This document shows, one piece after another, positions 49,995 to 62,706 of a DNA stretch of 64,000 nucleotides. Positions within the stretch are counted from its first letter, which is position 1. Each line of letters begins with the position of its first letter. Source of the stretch: Octopus bimaculoides (taxonomy: Eukaryota); the NCBI RefSeq assembly GCF_001194135.2, contig NC_068981.1:55305247-55369246 (forward strand), given 5' to 3'. The position numbers and the translations under genes were made by a program. The notes below the pieces were generated by a model. That model was not told the DNA's origin, did not search any database, and saw nothing but the letters and a program-made list of their open reading frames with translations.

Positions 49995-50372
49995 TTATTT
50001 CTTTTACTGGAGCACCGCTTTAGTCGAGAAAATCGACCCCAGAGCTTATTCTGTGTAAGCCTAGTACTTATTTTATCAGTCTCTATTCCCGAACCGCTAA
50101 GTTACGGGGGTCGTAAACACACCAGCATCGGTTGTCAAATGATGTTGGGGGGACAAACACGGACACACAAGCATATACACACACACACACACACATATAT
50201 ATACATATACGACAGGCTTTTTCCAGTTTCCGTCAACCAAATCCACTCACAAGGCTTTGGTCGACCCGAGGCTATAATAGAAGACACTTGCCAAGGTGTC
50301 ACACAGCGGGACTGAACCCATGACCATGTGGTTGGTAAGCAAGCTAGTTACCACATAGCCACTCCTGTGGCT
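49995..50372 (-). mobile_element. Near full-length tRNA-derived SINE (family B)
   Basis: Minus strand has A-box-like TGGCTATGTGG, B-box-like GGTTCAGTCC, gtgacaccttggcaagtgtcttct, a central (TA)/(TG) array and a 3' module ending gcggtgctccag. Confidence 0.82.
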
Positions 50373-50417
50373 GATGCAAATGATGATGATTATATATATA
50401 TATATATATATATATAT

Positions 50418-51200
50418 CATCATCATCATTTAACGTCCGTTTTCCATGTTGGCATGGGATGAACAGTTTGACTGAGATCTGGAAAGCCAGCAGCTGCACC
50501 AGGCTCCAAACTGATCTGGCAGTGTTTCTACAGCTAGATGCCCTTCCTAACGCCAACCACTCTGAGAGTATAGTGGGTGTTTTTTACATGCTACCGGCAC
50601 AGGAGCCAGTCAGTGGGTACTGGCATCAGCCACGTTCAGATGGTGCCTTTTACATGCCACCGGCATGCGAGCCAGTCAGGCGGCCCTGGTATCAACCACA
50701 TTTGGATGGTGCTTTTTACATGTCACAGGGACAGGAGTTAGTCAAGGGAACACTGGTCACAGCTACGATTTTGGTTTTACTTGACTCAACAGGTCTTCTC
50801 AAGCATAACATATCGCCCAACACATCGAGGATACTCTTAAATGGGCTGGACATGCAACACTAGCATCAGCCATGGCTGCAATCTCACTTTAGTTGCTGGG
50901 TGTTCTCAATCACAGCATAATCTCCAAAGGTCACAGTCTCCTGTCATTGCATCTGTGAGGCTCAATGCTCAAAGGTCATGCTTCACCACCTCATCCTATG
51001 TCTTCCTGAGTCTATCTCTGCCACAGTTAGGGTGTGGCACTTCCTCACACAGCTGACCTCATCCATATGTAACACATGATCATACTAGTAGTTGTCTTGC
51101 TTGCACACCACATTTGATGCTTCTTATGTCCAACTTTTCTCTCACAGTGCTCACACTGTCATTTATGAACACTGACATTACATCACACTATCGTGTATGC
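50418..51200 (-). mobile_element. RTE LINE 3' fragment (ORF end, 3' UTR, tail)
   Basis: catcatcatttaacgtccgttttccatg... continues into reversed GRPRKTWDEVVKHDL-type sequence near 50960-51030. Confidence 0.78.
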
Positions 51201-51789
51201 ACACATCATCATCATTTAATGTGTTTTCCATGCTGGCTAGCCAGAGAACTACACAAGGCCTTTCTGTCTGCTTTGGTATGGTTTCTATAGCTGGATGCCC
51301 TTTCTAACACCAACAATTTCACAGAGGGTACTGTGTGCTTTTTATATGACACCAAAACCAAATAGCTTGCAAGAAAAGACTCCTGAGTGGGAGGGGCAGT
51401 ATTATTGAGGAAGATGGCTTTGTGCAGTTTAGAGGGATAGAAATAGGTGTCTTGCTATAGAGAAGGTACTTGGCTGCCCCAGTTGGAAAAGAAAGGAGAG
51501 AAAAGAGAGAGACAGAAAGATGGACAGAGTGAGAGAGAAAGATGATGGTAGAGATATGGCAGTACATATCCTCAAGGTACAGTGGGAGGTGAATATATGT
51601 GATACAGAAGATTGAACAGGGTGAATAGGCAAGAGGGAATGAGAGGGATGTTTCATAAGAGTATGAAGGGAGATGGTCAGAGATAAGAGGTGACTGTAGC
51701 AATTGATTGTTTAAGATATAGGAGAGATTCAGGGGGTTATGATAGATATATGAGGGTGCTGAGTGTAATTGTGTGCAGATAAGCAAGTG

Positions 51790-52826
51790 AAAGAGAGTGG
51801 AGGTGCATGCCGCAGGTGGTGACAAAAGGGCCTCTTGCTCAGAGTAAAAGCCAGACTGTATGACGCATGTGTACGAACAGCCATGCTACATGGCAGTGAA
51901 CCATGGGCCATGACTGCTGATGACATATGTAAGCTTGCAAGGAACGAAGCCAGTATGCTCCGCTGGATGTGTAATGTCAGTGTGCATACTCGACAGAGTA
52001 TAAGTGCCTTGAGAGAAAAGTTGGACCTTAGAAGAATTAGATGTGTTGTGCAAGAGAGACGACTGTGCTGGTATGGTCATGTGGTACGAATGGATGAGGA
52101 TAGCTGTGTGAAAAAGTGTCACAACCTAGCGTTTGAAGGAAACTGTGGAAGAGGTAGACCCAGGATGAGGTGGTGAAGCACAACCCTCAAACATTAGGCC
52201 TCACCAAGGCAATGACTAGTGACCGAGACCTTTGGAAATATGCTGTGCTTGAGAAGACCCGGTAAATCAAGTGCAGTGGTGTAACCAGCCCACTTAGGCA
52301 TACCTTTCTTTCATTGGACACTAAACTCTGCTTGTGAAGACCTGTTGAGGCAAGTGAAATCGGAATCAAATTCGATGACAGCACTGCATGACTGGCATCC
52401 GTGCTAGTGGAGCGCTAAGAACACCATCCAAGCGTGATCGTTACCAGGGCCGCTGACTGGCCCCCATTCCAGTGGCACATATAAAGCACCATTCAAGCGT
52501 GATTATTACCAGCATCGCCTTACTGGCACTTGTGCCAGTGGTACGTGGAAAACAACATTCGAGCGAGGGCATTGCTAGTGCCACAGGGTTGGCTCCTGTG
52601 CAGGTGACACATAAAAACACCATTTAAGGTAGCAGTACTGGCAACGGCCACTCATGCCGGTGGCACATAAAAGCACCCACTACACTCTCAGAGTGGTTGG
52701 CATTAGGAAGGGCATCCAGCTGTAGAAACTCTGCCAGATCAGATTGGAGCCAGGTGCAGCCATCTGCCTCACCAGTCAAACTGTCCAGCATGGAAAGCAT
52801 GGAAAGCGGACGTTAAACGATGATGA
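51790..52826 (+). mobile_element. RTE LINE 3' fragment (ORF end, 3' UTR, tail)
   Basis: LRVKARLYDACVRTAMLHGSEPW...RLCWYGHVVRMDEDSCVKKC...GRGRPR; the UTR ends gcggacgttaaacgatgatgat. Confidence 0.85.
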
Positions 52827-55599
52827 TACATACTTTTATTCTTTTACTTGTTTCAGACATTTGACTGTGGCCATGCTGGAGCACGCCCTTGGTGCTATAT
52901 ATCCCTCACAGTAATTTATGCACAACTCTACATACAAATTATTTTTTTACTATTGAAATGCTTAATCACAATTTTATAAGTTGTTAAAATTTCTGCTGTC
53001 AACGATGCAGTTAAAACTTTCAGATATTCTCAGAATGTCAGAGTGACCTTATCAATAAAATATGGTCAGGAAATATCTGCTGGATATATTTGGGATATTG
53101 CTTAAGCTATAGCGAAGAATATCAGAAATTGCCCTGAGTTTACCACAAACTGCAGTGCTTCAAAGGGTTCAGAGAGTAAGTGGTAAAAAACAAAAAACAA
53201 TTTAATAAGGAATTTCCAACACATTTCTTTACTTTATGTTGCTTCTTTGATTACTTCGCGATTTTTAAACAAATTGATCAGAGATTTGTCATCACTTGCA
53301 GATCAAAAATAGATACTTGACCTATATTTGAAGTAACACGTTCTTGAACTCATTAAAATAATCGAATAAAACACAAACTGTCATTTGATAATCTACTTTT
53401 GTGTTCTAGCTTTCATTTTCTTCAGTTGAGCCAAAAGTCATATTTGTTGTCAGAAAAGCACTCACCATTTAACTACTTTTAAGCTAGTCGCTTGATCAAG
53501 CTTTTAGCATACCAAATAATTTCCGTAGTGAAAAATATCCAATAAAAGCAGAATTCTAATTTAATGCTTTTCATCAACATTTTAACATCTGTCTTTCCAT
53601 GCTGGTAGCATGTACTGAACAGGTCTGCTGTTTAATATATTGACTATTTCTGGGAAACGATCAACCAACCAGTCTAGACCCTACTTTCATATGCCAAGCG
53701 CGTTGTTTCTGAGTACGTCAATTAATTTTACACGCCCCAGTTAACCGAGTTGCAGAAATATGCACCTTGTTTCGATATACATGAGTCCCATTCAGATTTA
53801 TCATTCTTCCATGTCATTTTGCGAAACAGGAGCTTAGCACTTGCCCTGAAAGAACTATTCTGGACCTAGGGAATATAGGAAAATATCATCAATATGAAGC
53901 AAGGCTGAAATTTTATATCATCTTGTTACCTTGAATAATCCCCGAGCATTTTGATCAATTTAAAACAAAGGTTCGGTTTGTTACCTCGGCTAATTTCCTA
54001 GCTACAAGAAGAAATGAAATAAATGCCCTAAAATGATGCAAATCATTACGTGAGATTATTATTCAGAAAAAAAAATTTCTGGATTTCAGCTTTTCAAATT
54101 ACCCGGGAAAGTTGGAATATTGCATTTACAGCATTTATCGGTCGGTTACTAGGTTAGCCAGCAACACGTTAGTTGCAAAATGTTTACATATAATGTTAAA
54201 GATCTCCTCCGGTAACTGTGGTAGTATTGTTCAATTCTAATCAATTTTTCAAAACAAGTAACATCTCTCAGATATCAACGACATTTACTTAATTTGTAAA
54301 GTAAGAGACGTGGAAACTGGAAAGGAGGTTTGAATTCAAAAACAATGAAAAAACCAATGTCGACATTCAAAAAGAAACTTATCAATATTCCTCATTCAAT
54401 GAACTAGATTTTCTTTATTTGTATATTGAAACCCAAACAAAAGTGTATAAATCATCAATTACATAAAAATTAATTGGAAGGAAAGAGAAGCGGAAACAAC
54501 AGTTTAGTTTTATGAAAGAAAAGTTTTTGTTTTGCTTTTCCATGAACAAAAGTAGACGGCAAGGATATTTCAACAGCAACAAGGGAATAAATAAGACAAA
54601 GGATAACTGCAATATAATGTTCACAAAACGATTAGTTTCTATGTTCCCCCAATAGTTTCATAGGAAAATGAAAAATGAATCTTTAGTAGATATGTGTAAA
54701 CAATATAAAAAAATACAATAAACTATAATATGTAAACAACAAAATCCGAAAGACAAAAGAAAACAAACAATTTCGCTCGATGAAATCGAACCATACCTAG
54801 ATATATATTTATGAAAAAAATTTAAATGCAGGCATGAACTACAATAAACGGGGACAGAAGAGTTCATTTGTTAACTGAATTAATAGCACGGCATACGAGG
54901 ATAACAATACCTATGTGAAAAGTGAGGAGGGGTATACAGCAGCTAAATGCAATTTCACCGTTAACTACAAACAAAATATAAACACCAGCAGTAAGAGGAT
55001 AGACACATAAGGAGTAAAAGAGAAATATAAAACAAGAGAGAAACGCTTATAAATAATAATTCTTTAAAATTTACTGTACTAAAGAAACGATATAAAAACA
55101 TAATTGCAAGACAGAAAAAGGCAGAAGTTATGGAAAGGGAGGGAAAGAGAGAAGTAAAACAGAGAGGAAATAGAAAGAGAAGGGAAGAAAGAAATGGGAA
55201 AACAGGAAAAACAAGAGTGAAGGAGGGGGGGGGATAAGTAAAAATAAGGGAGGTAATAATTTGTAAACTGAAATTAATCTAATTACAAAAAAATAAACTT
55301 TTTCATCATATAGTTATATATACATACATACATATATATATAAACATACGATATTCAATTAGTGAAAAGAAATGTAATGCTGTTAAAATAATACGATCTG
55401 AATAATTTCAGTTAAAAACTAATACCGGTTTATTTATCGGACCGACTACATAAATTCAAGGGGGTAAAATATATAATTAGATATCGTTAGAACGATCGGG
55501 ATATGTTAACAACAAATATAAGCCACTATACTGATCACTTATGTTAGAATATTTAATGAATATAGGTGTACACTTAAAAAGCACATCTATTAACTAAGC

Positions 55600-56090
55600 A
55601 ACAATTTAACAGGAAGTGTTGAAACAACGTCAATATTTAAATATCCAACATGGCTTCTGGAAATCAAAAGCCAGAGAATGCAACGGATAAAGTAGATAAT
55701 ATAATGTAACAAAGCAGGAAGTTATTCTCAATTTGGAAATGTAAGATTATTCGGTAATAAAATGATAAATTGAACAAGCAATCTGAAATTTGAATAACGA
55801 ACTGTGTACATTCAAATGCTCACAGAGAAAAATAGTTTGTACGAAACAAAGAAAAACCTACCACTTTTAGTGTTAAATCGTTTAGGTTCTTTCTTTCGGC
55901 TAAGGTATTCCAGATATTCATTTTAGTCTACAATTACAAAATTTTGATCATTGCGTGATGAAATATAATTAAATCGTTATTCTTAATTCAAAGTCGTTTC
56001 CAGAGGAAACAAATAGGAATCTGCTACTTCATCTGTGAACAGTACTGCGCATATGCATTAATAACTTCCGGTAAACTCAGGCTGGGCTCT
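55600..56090. promoter_or_regulatory. Candidate core promoter of BRPF1 (possibly bidirectional)
   Basis: Perfect ETS site ACTTCCGGT (56064-56072), NRF1-like TGCGCATATGCA (56046-56057), a second ETS-like CAGGAAGTG (~55610) and YY1-like CAACATGGC (~55646). These lie in a repeat-poor, visibly CpG-richer region. No transcript evidence. Confidence 0.45.
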
Positions 56091-57089
56091 TCTCATTACT
56101 TTTAACAAGCTGCTTAGTAGGCAAAATAACCTAAGATTTTCTTATTTACGAATTACTTTCGCTACTAATGTTTATAAATATATTTTGAACTATGGAAATG
56201 AGAATAATTAATAAACTGTACAACGGAATTTAGACATGTACTTACAACGTTATACAAAAATAATCATTTACAGTAGGAGTATGAGAAGAAGCGGGATCAG
56301 TTATGAAAAAATCCTTCAATAGCGTGATTATAGAGCGAGTGCTGTATCGGTTAATACAATGCATCTCTACTGGTACTACTTTTATTATTTCTCAGATCCT
56401 AGATAAACTTACGATTACTTATTGATACCATTAAAATGTACTTCCGATAGTGTTTAATAATATTTCATAAGTTGTTATCCTCCACCCCCTTTTTGTCTTA
56501 TATTTATCAATAACTTTGAACTTTGGTAAGTTCCATTATGAAATTCTTTTAAAAGCACCGTTACAATGACCTTAAACTGAAACTGAATGGGGATTTTGTT
56601 GATTTTTAGATGTAAAAAAGAATAGTGGTTTTGATTTGTTTAGCTAATTATAAATTACAAGTGTTTTCTGTGGTTAGTAAATAAAATTAAAAAAAGCTAA
56701 GCGCGCGTTCAGTTTCCAGTGTTAAGTGGCGGTTAAAGTGCAAACTGAATATTGTCTTACAACTTTTTGAATACCGTCTCGATATATATTGATGTACATT
56801 TTAAAACTTTTAAATATAATTGATAATACTAATTAACCTTTTCGTTTGTTTTTTCCTAGATATTTTCTTTTACTATCAAAATTATTGGTTAAAATTAAAT
56901 ATTAAAAAACAGGTCTGATTTTTTTTTTAAATATGAAATACATAATTAGAATGTGAAACTCAGTTTTCGGTGTTTTTTTTTTAATGTTAAATTCTATAAA
57001 TTCTGTTTTGTTTGAATATAGAAATATAATTTCCTGTATCATCACAAACCATCTGCAAGCAGTATAAATTTTTTTTTTTTTTGATTACT

Positions 57090-57520
57090 TTGCAAAATAG
57101 GACAGGCCCGTAGTCTTTTCAAACTCTCCCAGAGCCTTAGTGTTATAGTGATCGTAGTTTTAATGCGGTTCATGTTCGTTCAATATCATAGCAGATAAGT
57201 ATTTGGAGGGAAAACCTTGGCAAAGTACGCTCACAAACAGAAGTAGCTAAAGGTACGATGGATCGGATGATTTTAAACATTGTCGATGACATCTATATGA
57301 GAGGTGTGTACATAGAAGTAGTATAGACGTGAGCTGTATAGCATGGGTCTTGAACTTCAAATAAGCATGCCATTCTAATAGTAATAGAAAAGGTATATCA
57401 CGACCGAGTGCTGTAAATGTTCCAAGCTAATATCTTGGCGAATGGCCATTTTGGCCATGGTGCATAAAAAATGTCAATGATAGGCTTCCCCTAGGGAGCG
57501 TATTTGTGAACTCATAATTT
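57090..57520 (-). mobile_element. Possible degenerate CR1/L2-like RT C-terminus
   Basis: Minus strand YTAHVYTTSMY followed by ..SHI. loosely resembles YKAQVRP.MEY.SHIW. Confidence 0.25.
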
Positions 57521-58469
57521 GAGCAGCTGTTCAGTGAGAGAATATATCGTCATTTCTTTGTCATAAAACTTTCTAAAATCTCGAATTTAAAGAGGTGTGT
57601 GGTGATTTTACTTGCGTGTTCGTGATTAGCGAGGGTGTCTTATGTGTGCATACGATGAAGTGTAGTTATTTGAATTTAATTTATTGAAATACGAAGTATT
57701 TACATAATGCGATGGGATTTCATCAGCACCCTAATACGTATAGCTGAAATGTGACAACGAGAAGTTCATTAATGACAATAAGAGAGTATTTAAATTATAT
57801 AACTGAGCTTTAGAGCGAACCCTAGTCGATAGATTATAAATATCAGCATAAGCTGCAATGTGAGTGATTCATGATAGGTAGAGCTTGGTTACCATATTCT
57901 GCTATCCTTAACTTTATGTAAGGAAGAAGACTATCTTGCATAGGTATGAAACTATAAAGTCGACAGAAAGAACAGTTTTATGCTAGTGGAACTATAATAA
58001 ATAGAATCGAAGTACTTATTTTATCGTTAATTTAATGAAAGGTAAAATTCATCTCTAGGAAATGAAATTCAGAAAAGTCAAACATCAATCTTTATAGTGG
58101 AAAACATCAAGTATGGCTCAATAGTTTCTCTGTCATCACTGACAGGAATAGACATAGCAATGGTAAAATATAAAAAAGTACAAACTGTTTTTATATATAT
58201 TTTGCAAGGTGAAACACCTGATATTTTTTAATGAATTTCTCTCGAATCCAAGGAAACTGATAATGATTTGCGTCGTGCAAAAGTAATACGAATATTTGAA
58301 CACCAACTGATATTTGACCTTTCTCCAATGTGATGGTGGGGTGGCAAGCACTCATAATGGCTAATGCCAGATATCCTTGTAAAAGTTACCATATTGTAAA
58401 GGTAATTAACAAAAACAACATAGGAGGGACACGTTTTTACAAATATTGTATTGGTTTTACACAAAGAAA

Positions 58470-59400
58470 GGGGAAAGAGTTTTAACATTTCAGACACAAG
58501 TTCTTCATCAGGAGAGAAGTGATGTAGGAATATGAAAGGGAGAAAGTTGAAAAAAAAGAAAAAACAGGTGAGGGGTAAGAGGGCCAGGTCGGAATGCGAT
58601 TCTATGGAAGGAAAGGACAGGTACACGTGCACATGTATGGGAGTGTATCATGTTTTGAAATGGGCATAAGTGGGATGAGTGCTGCTGTGTGGTGTACAGT
58701 TGTGAAAATACAGAAACATAGTGACATGGCTTAGTTGGGGTGTGTGTGAGAGGAAAACATGGAAGTAATGAGATTGGAATGGGTAAGTGTGCAGTAAAAG
58801 AGGAGGTGATAGAAGTCTATGTAAAAGTATGGGTGTGTGTGCGCCATCATAATGTAGAAGTTATGAAGAAAAGAGAGGAAGGTGGGTTGTAATACAAAAC
58901 TGGTCCAAAAAATAGTTTTATGGGGGAAAAAAAATTATTGAATCACATGGAGAGGCAAAAGGGAGATGATAGAGGTGAACATAATGCGTATAAATGGAAG
59001 GAAGAAGAAAAAAGTTATAATGGTGAACAGTGAGTTCAGAGAAAGGAGGAAAATCAAAAAAAAATAGAGAAAATAATTGCAAAAATAAATAAAAATTCAA
59101 TACTGGTGAAAAGTCCAAGAAGATATGTAACTGGTGCAATCACCAGGGGGAGTGAAAAAGAAATGTCTAAAATATGGTGAGGAGCTGATAATGGAAAATT
59201 AGCAAGGTGGTATACTTAGGCAACTGATAGCTGTGTAAATATGTGACAGAGGTTAAGGCATAGTGAAAGGGAGGAAAAAGAGCAAGTTTTGAGAGTCCAA
59301 AGATAGTGAAAGTGCTAAGTCCACAAAGAAGAGAAATCAGCCCCAGAGTTTTGTCTGAATGCATGGCTTGGAAGAGTCAGATGGGGGAAGGAAAATGACA
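58470..59400 (-). mobile_element. Degenerate Penelope-like element (RT thumb and GIY-YIG remnants) ending in a hammerhead-like motif
   Basis: TSVTYLHSYQLPKYTTLLIFHYQLL resembles PLE YLHYSSSHP..K.SIPYSQLL. FYCTLTHSNLI...AHFK..HSH resembles GIY-YIG. CUGAUGA...GAAAUGUU lies at 58511-58484. Confidence 0.35.
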
Positions 59401-62289
59401 AAGGAAAAAGAAATCTCAGACAGAAGAAAGGTAAAAGGATGAGAAGATTAGGACAAAGAAGAATGTGAGGGTATGTACATGAAGAAGAGAATTTAGACCA
59501 AAAGGCTTATATGTTTAGAGAGCATATATTATCATCACATGTCTACTTTCCATGCTGGCATGGGTTAGGGTGGTTTGACAGGAGCAAGTAATGCAGAGGA
59601 CTGCACCAAGCTCCAATATCTGCTTGGTGATGTTAAAATTGTTTGAGAAAATTACTCAATGTTGTATTCAGGAGCGAAAGGAGTGGAAATCATAATGATT
59701 ATGTGATACTATAGCAAAATCTATAAGGACTACATTGCACTATAGCAAATTCACTAAAAGAATACTGGACAATTTGAGAGTGATAATGACAAAGCTATAA
59801 GGAATGTGATGGTATCAGAGACAGTGACAGCAAAACTCAGATATTGATAAAAGTATTATCAAACAGATTACAAGACTTTGAAATATGGGTATACTGAAGG
59901 CATTTGAAAATATCATGGACACAAGATCAATGAAGAAGTAGTAAGAATAGCAAAATACAGAAAACCTCATTAATTACCATCAAATAAAAAAGTAAATAAA
60001 ATATTTGGGGCAATGAATTATAAAAAATGGATTACAAAATCTTTTAATAGAAAGCTAAATGGGGAAAGGGAGAAGGGGAACCAACAATGACATAGATGGT
60101 TAATATCAAGAAATGGACAAACTTAAAATACAGTGAATATATTAAGGTGAGCATAAGGATATGCTGAGAGTGGACAGTACCTGATGGTGACGGTGATGGT
60201 GATAGCAGCAGTGGTGGTGGTGACAGTAATGTTGCATTGCATAATGTGTACATGTGCATTAACAGCATTTACATTCTCAGCAATCTCTTTTTACAAACAA
60301 TATTGAAAAGTTTCAACAAGAAAAGCAAATAGTTAAGAGTGGTGAGCTAAAAAGAATCATAAATTTATTTAAATAAACGAGAAGGAAAAAAATCATTAAT
60401 ATCGGTTTCAAATTTTGGCACAAAGCCAGCAATTTTGGGAGGGGGTTAAATTGATTACATTGCCCTCAGTGCTCAACTGGCACTTAGTTTATCAACCCTG
60501 AAAGGACGAAAGACAAAGAAGAAGAAAAATCATTAATATTAATGACAATGTGTGTGTAATTTTAATTTACTAAATTTTTGGTAATGCTACATTATGTATA
60601 TTTGCACTTACTTTTTTAAATGTTTGTCATAAAGCAGGTATCTCTGAACATTTCCCCATGTTCAGTCATTTTTTAATGTTTTCATGCCACTCAAATTTTC
60701 ATTCACTAACACTAAATACTTCAGTTTTCATCTTTCACAAGACAAAGAGAACGGTTATTGTAGAGGCCAATACAAAAATAATATTTTCATCTATAGGTTG
60801 GAGAGCAGTACTCTGTTTCTGCTGCAGTTCTTAAGAGAGCATTAAGATAGTGAGAAAATCACTGGTAAGCTTTTGCATTTCTCTGAGCAGTTTCCAAAGA
60901 ATAAATTTAGGTAATTGCTTGTTCTTGATTCAGTGAAGGGCTTACAAGGATTCTGTGTTGAATATGGTACTCTGAAGATCTCTAATATAGATTAATATAT
61001 ATAATGCTCTTCTCTGAATAGACATCATTTCTTTCAGCTTGAAATTTACAGTGTCTGGTAAGGTTGTGTGGAATTGTAATTTAACATTCAGTTTCTTCAT
61101 ATGGTTGATGTTTTCCTGGTTCCAATTGGAATGGAATCTGTTAAAAATTGTATTCTGCTGTTGAGTGAAGCTGCAATCAGGAGTAACTATTACCATATTG
61201 AGGTGAATGAAATTTATAACATGGCTGAAGATTGAAGGTGAAATGAGGTTAGTGAGCAGAATAAGTTTTAGTTATTTACAGTCAAGTCTGAGAATTCAAC
61301 TAGAAAATTTAAGAAACTAGTTTTTTGGTATGTCCACTCAGAAAATGGGCCTTCTTCAAATCTCCTCAACTTTTGATTTTTTTAAATTATAGCTGTAAAG
61401 AAAAAACTCAACAAATCCAGAAATGGAAAATTTACCCACTGTTAATTTGTCCCTTGGAAGTAAAATTACCTCTGTTTGGGAAACCAATCCTCTTTATGTT
61501 GATTGGTTACATAATCCCCTTTATGTTGAAACAAATAGGATGTCATGAAAAGACACTAGAAATCAATGAAATTCAAACAAAAATTATTCCATCCAATAGA
61601 ACTGAAACTAATTTTCCAATGCATCTCAAACATTTTACTCACAAAGGAAAAAACTCTTGAAGAATTCATTAGAATATTTCCATTAGTGTTAATTGACTAA
61701 TTTTCTGACTCATCTATAACCAATAAAAAACAAATTGCTATATTAACTGAGTTCATACTTTGCTGAGTAAATTAAAAGTTAATTAACTGACAGAAACAAT
61801 TTTTGTGCTTTTGATTAGACTTATTAATTATATATTGAAGTAATTTTACATCTTTTTCATTCTGCTAAATTAATTCACCAATTATTTTCTATTCCTGTTT
61901 CTTTCTTCTTAGAAGTGATTCTTCTAATGATAATATTTTATAGTTAAATAGAGTAGATGATTGATGTGATACAAATAATTAACTCCCACAAAGTAGGTAG
62001 GCATATTATTGACTTTGTTGTGATTCTTAAATAAAATATATTATCTAATAAAAATTCACATTGAAACAAATAGTTCATGTTTATCTCATACTGAAGACAA
62101 TCGTAACTTTGAGCTAATCAGAGGAAGTAAACAAAGCAACACGTTCTGATAACTCCAAAACTTAACAAACAATAAATAATCAAGAACTAATTTTAAAACA
62201 TTACTTCTATGACAGTATTTCCTGTTAGAATTTTTTTTAATCCAGTACATTAGACTAAGAGTATATTGTTATATCTTAGAGATATTGGG

Positions 62290-62706
62290 TGCAGATGTAG
62301 CTGTGTGGTTAAGAAGTTTGCTTCCCAACCATAAGATCTTGGGTTCAGTCACACTGTGTGGCACCTTGGGCAAGTTTTCTGCTATAACTTCAGGCTGACC
62401 AAAGCCGTATGAGTAGATATGGTAGACGTAAGATGAAAGAAGCCTGCCACGTGTGTGTGTCCCCTTGTCTTAACATCATGTAAGGATTGTGAGTGAGCAT
62501 CATCACCATATGATGACCATAAATAAAGAACATCACCAAGTGGTGTGGTTTGTTTTTAGTCTTTCAAGAAAAACATGTCTGGCCATGGGAAAATAATACC
62601 TTGCCTGGAAACAAGAAGGGCATCCAGCCATAAAAAAAAACCCTGCCTCAAGGAATTCCATTTGACCCAAACAAGCATGAAAAAGTGGATGTTAGACAAT
62701 GATGAT
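62290..62706 (+). mobile_element. SINE family C (tRNA head, RTE-derived tail)
   Basis: tagctgtgtggttaagaagtttgcttcc...gggttcagtcacactgtgtggcaccttgggcaag; tail aagggcatccagcc...aagcatgaaaaagtggatgttagacaatgatgatg. Confidence 0.68.

Noticed and set aside
49995-50372. tRNA genes
   Set aside because: The A- and B-box-like motifs belong to SINE heads; there is no complete cloverleaf or acceptor stem.
51319-51825. 168-aa minus-strand ORF (also 58228-58632 and 20120-21114 ORFs)
   Set aside because: Low-complexity Leu/Ser/Phe-rich translation of purine/pyrimidine-skewed decayed repeats; no domain motifs.
61325-61660. 111-aa plus-strand ORF
   Set aside because: Non-ATG start in the sequence (TTG), no recognisable motif, and composition like the AT-rich background.
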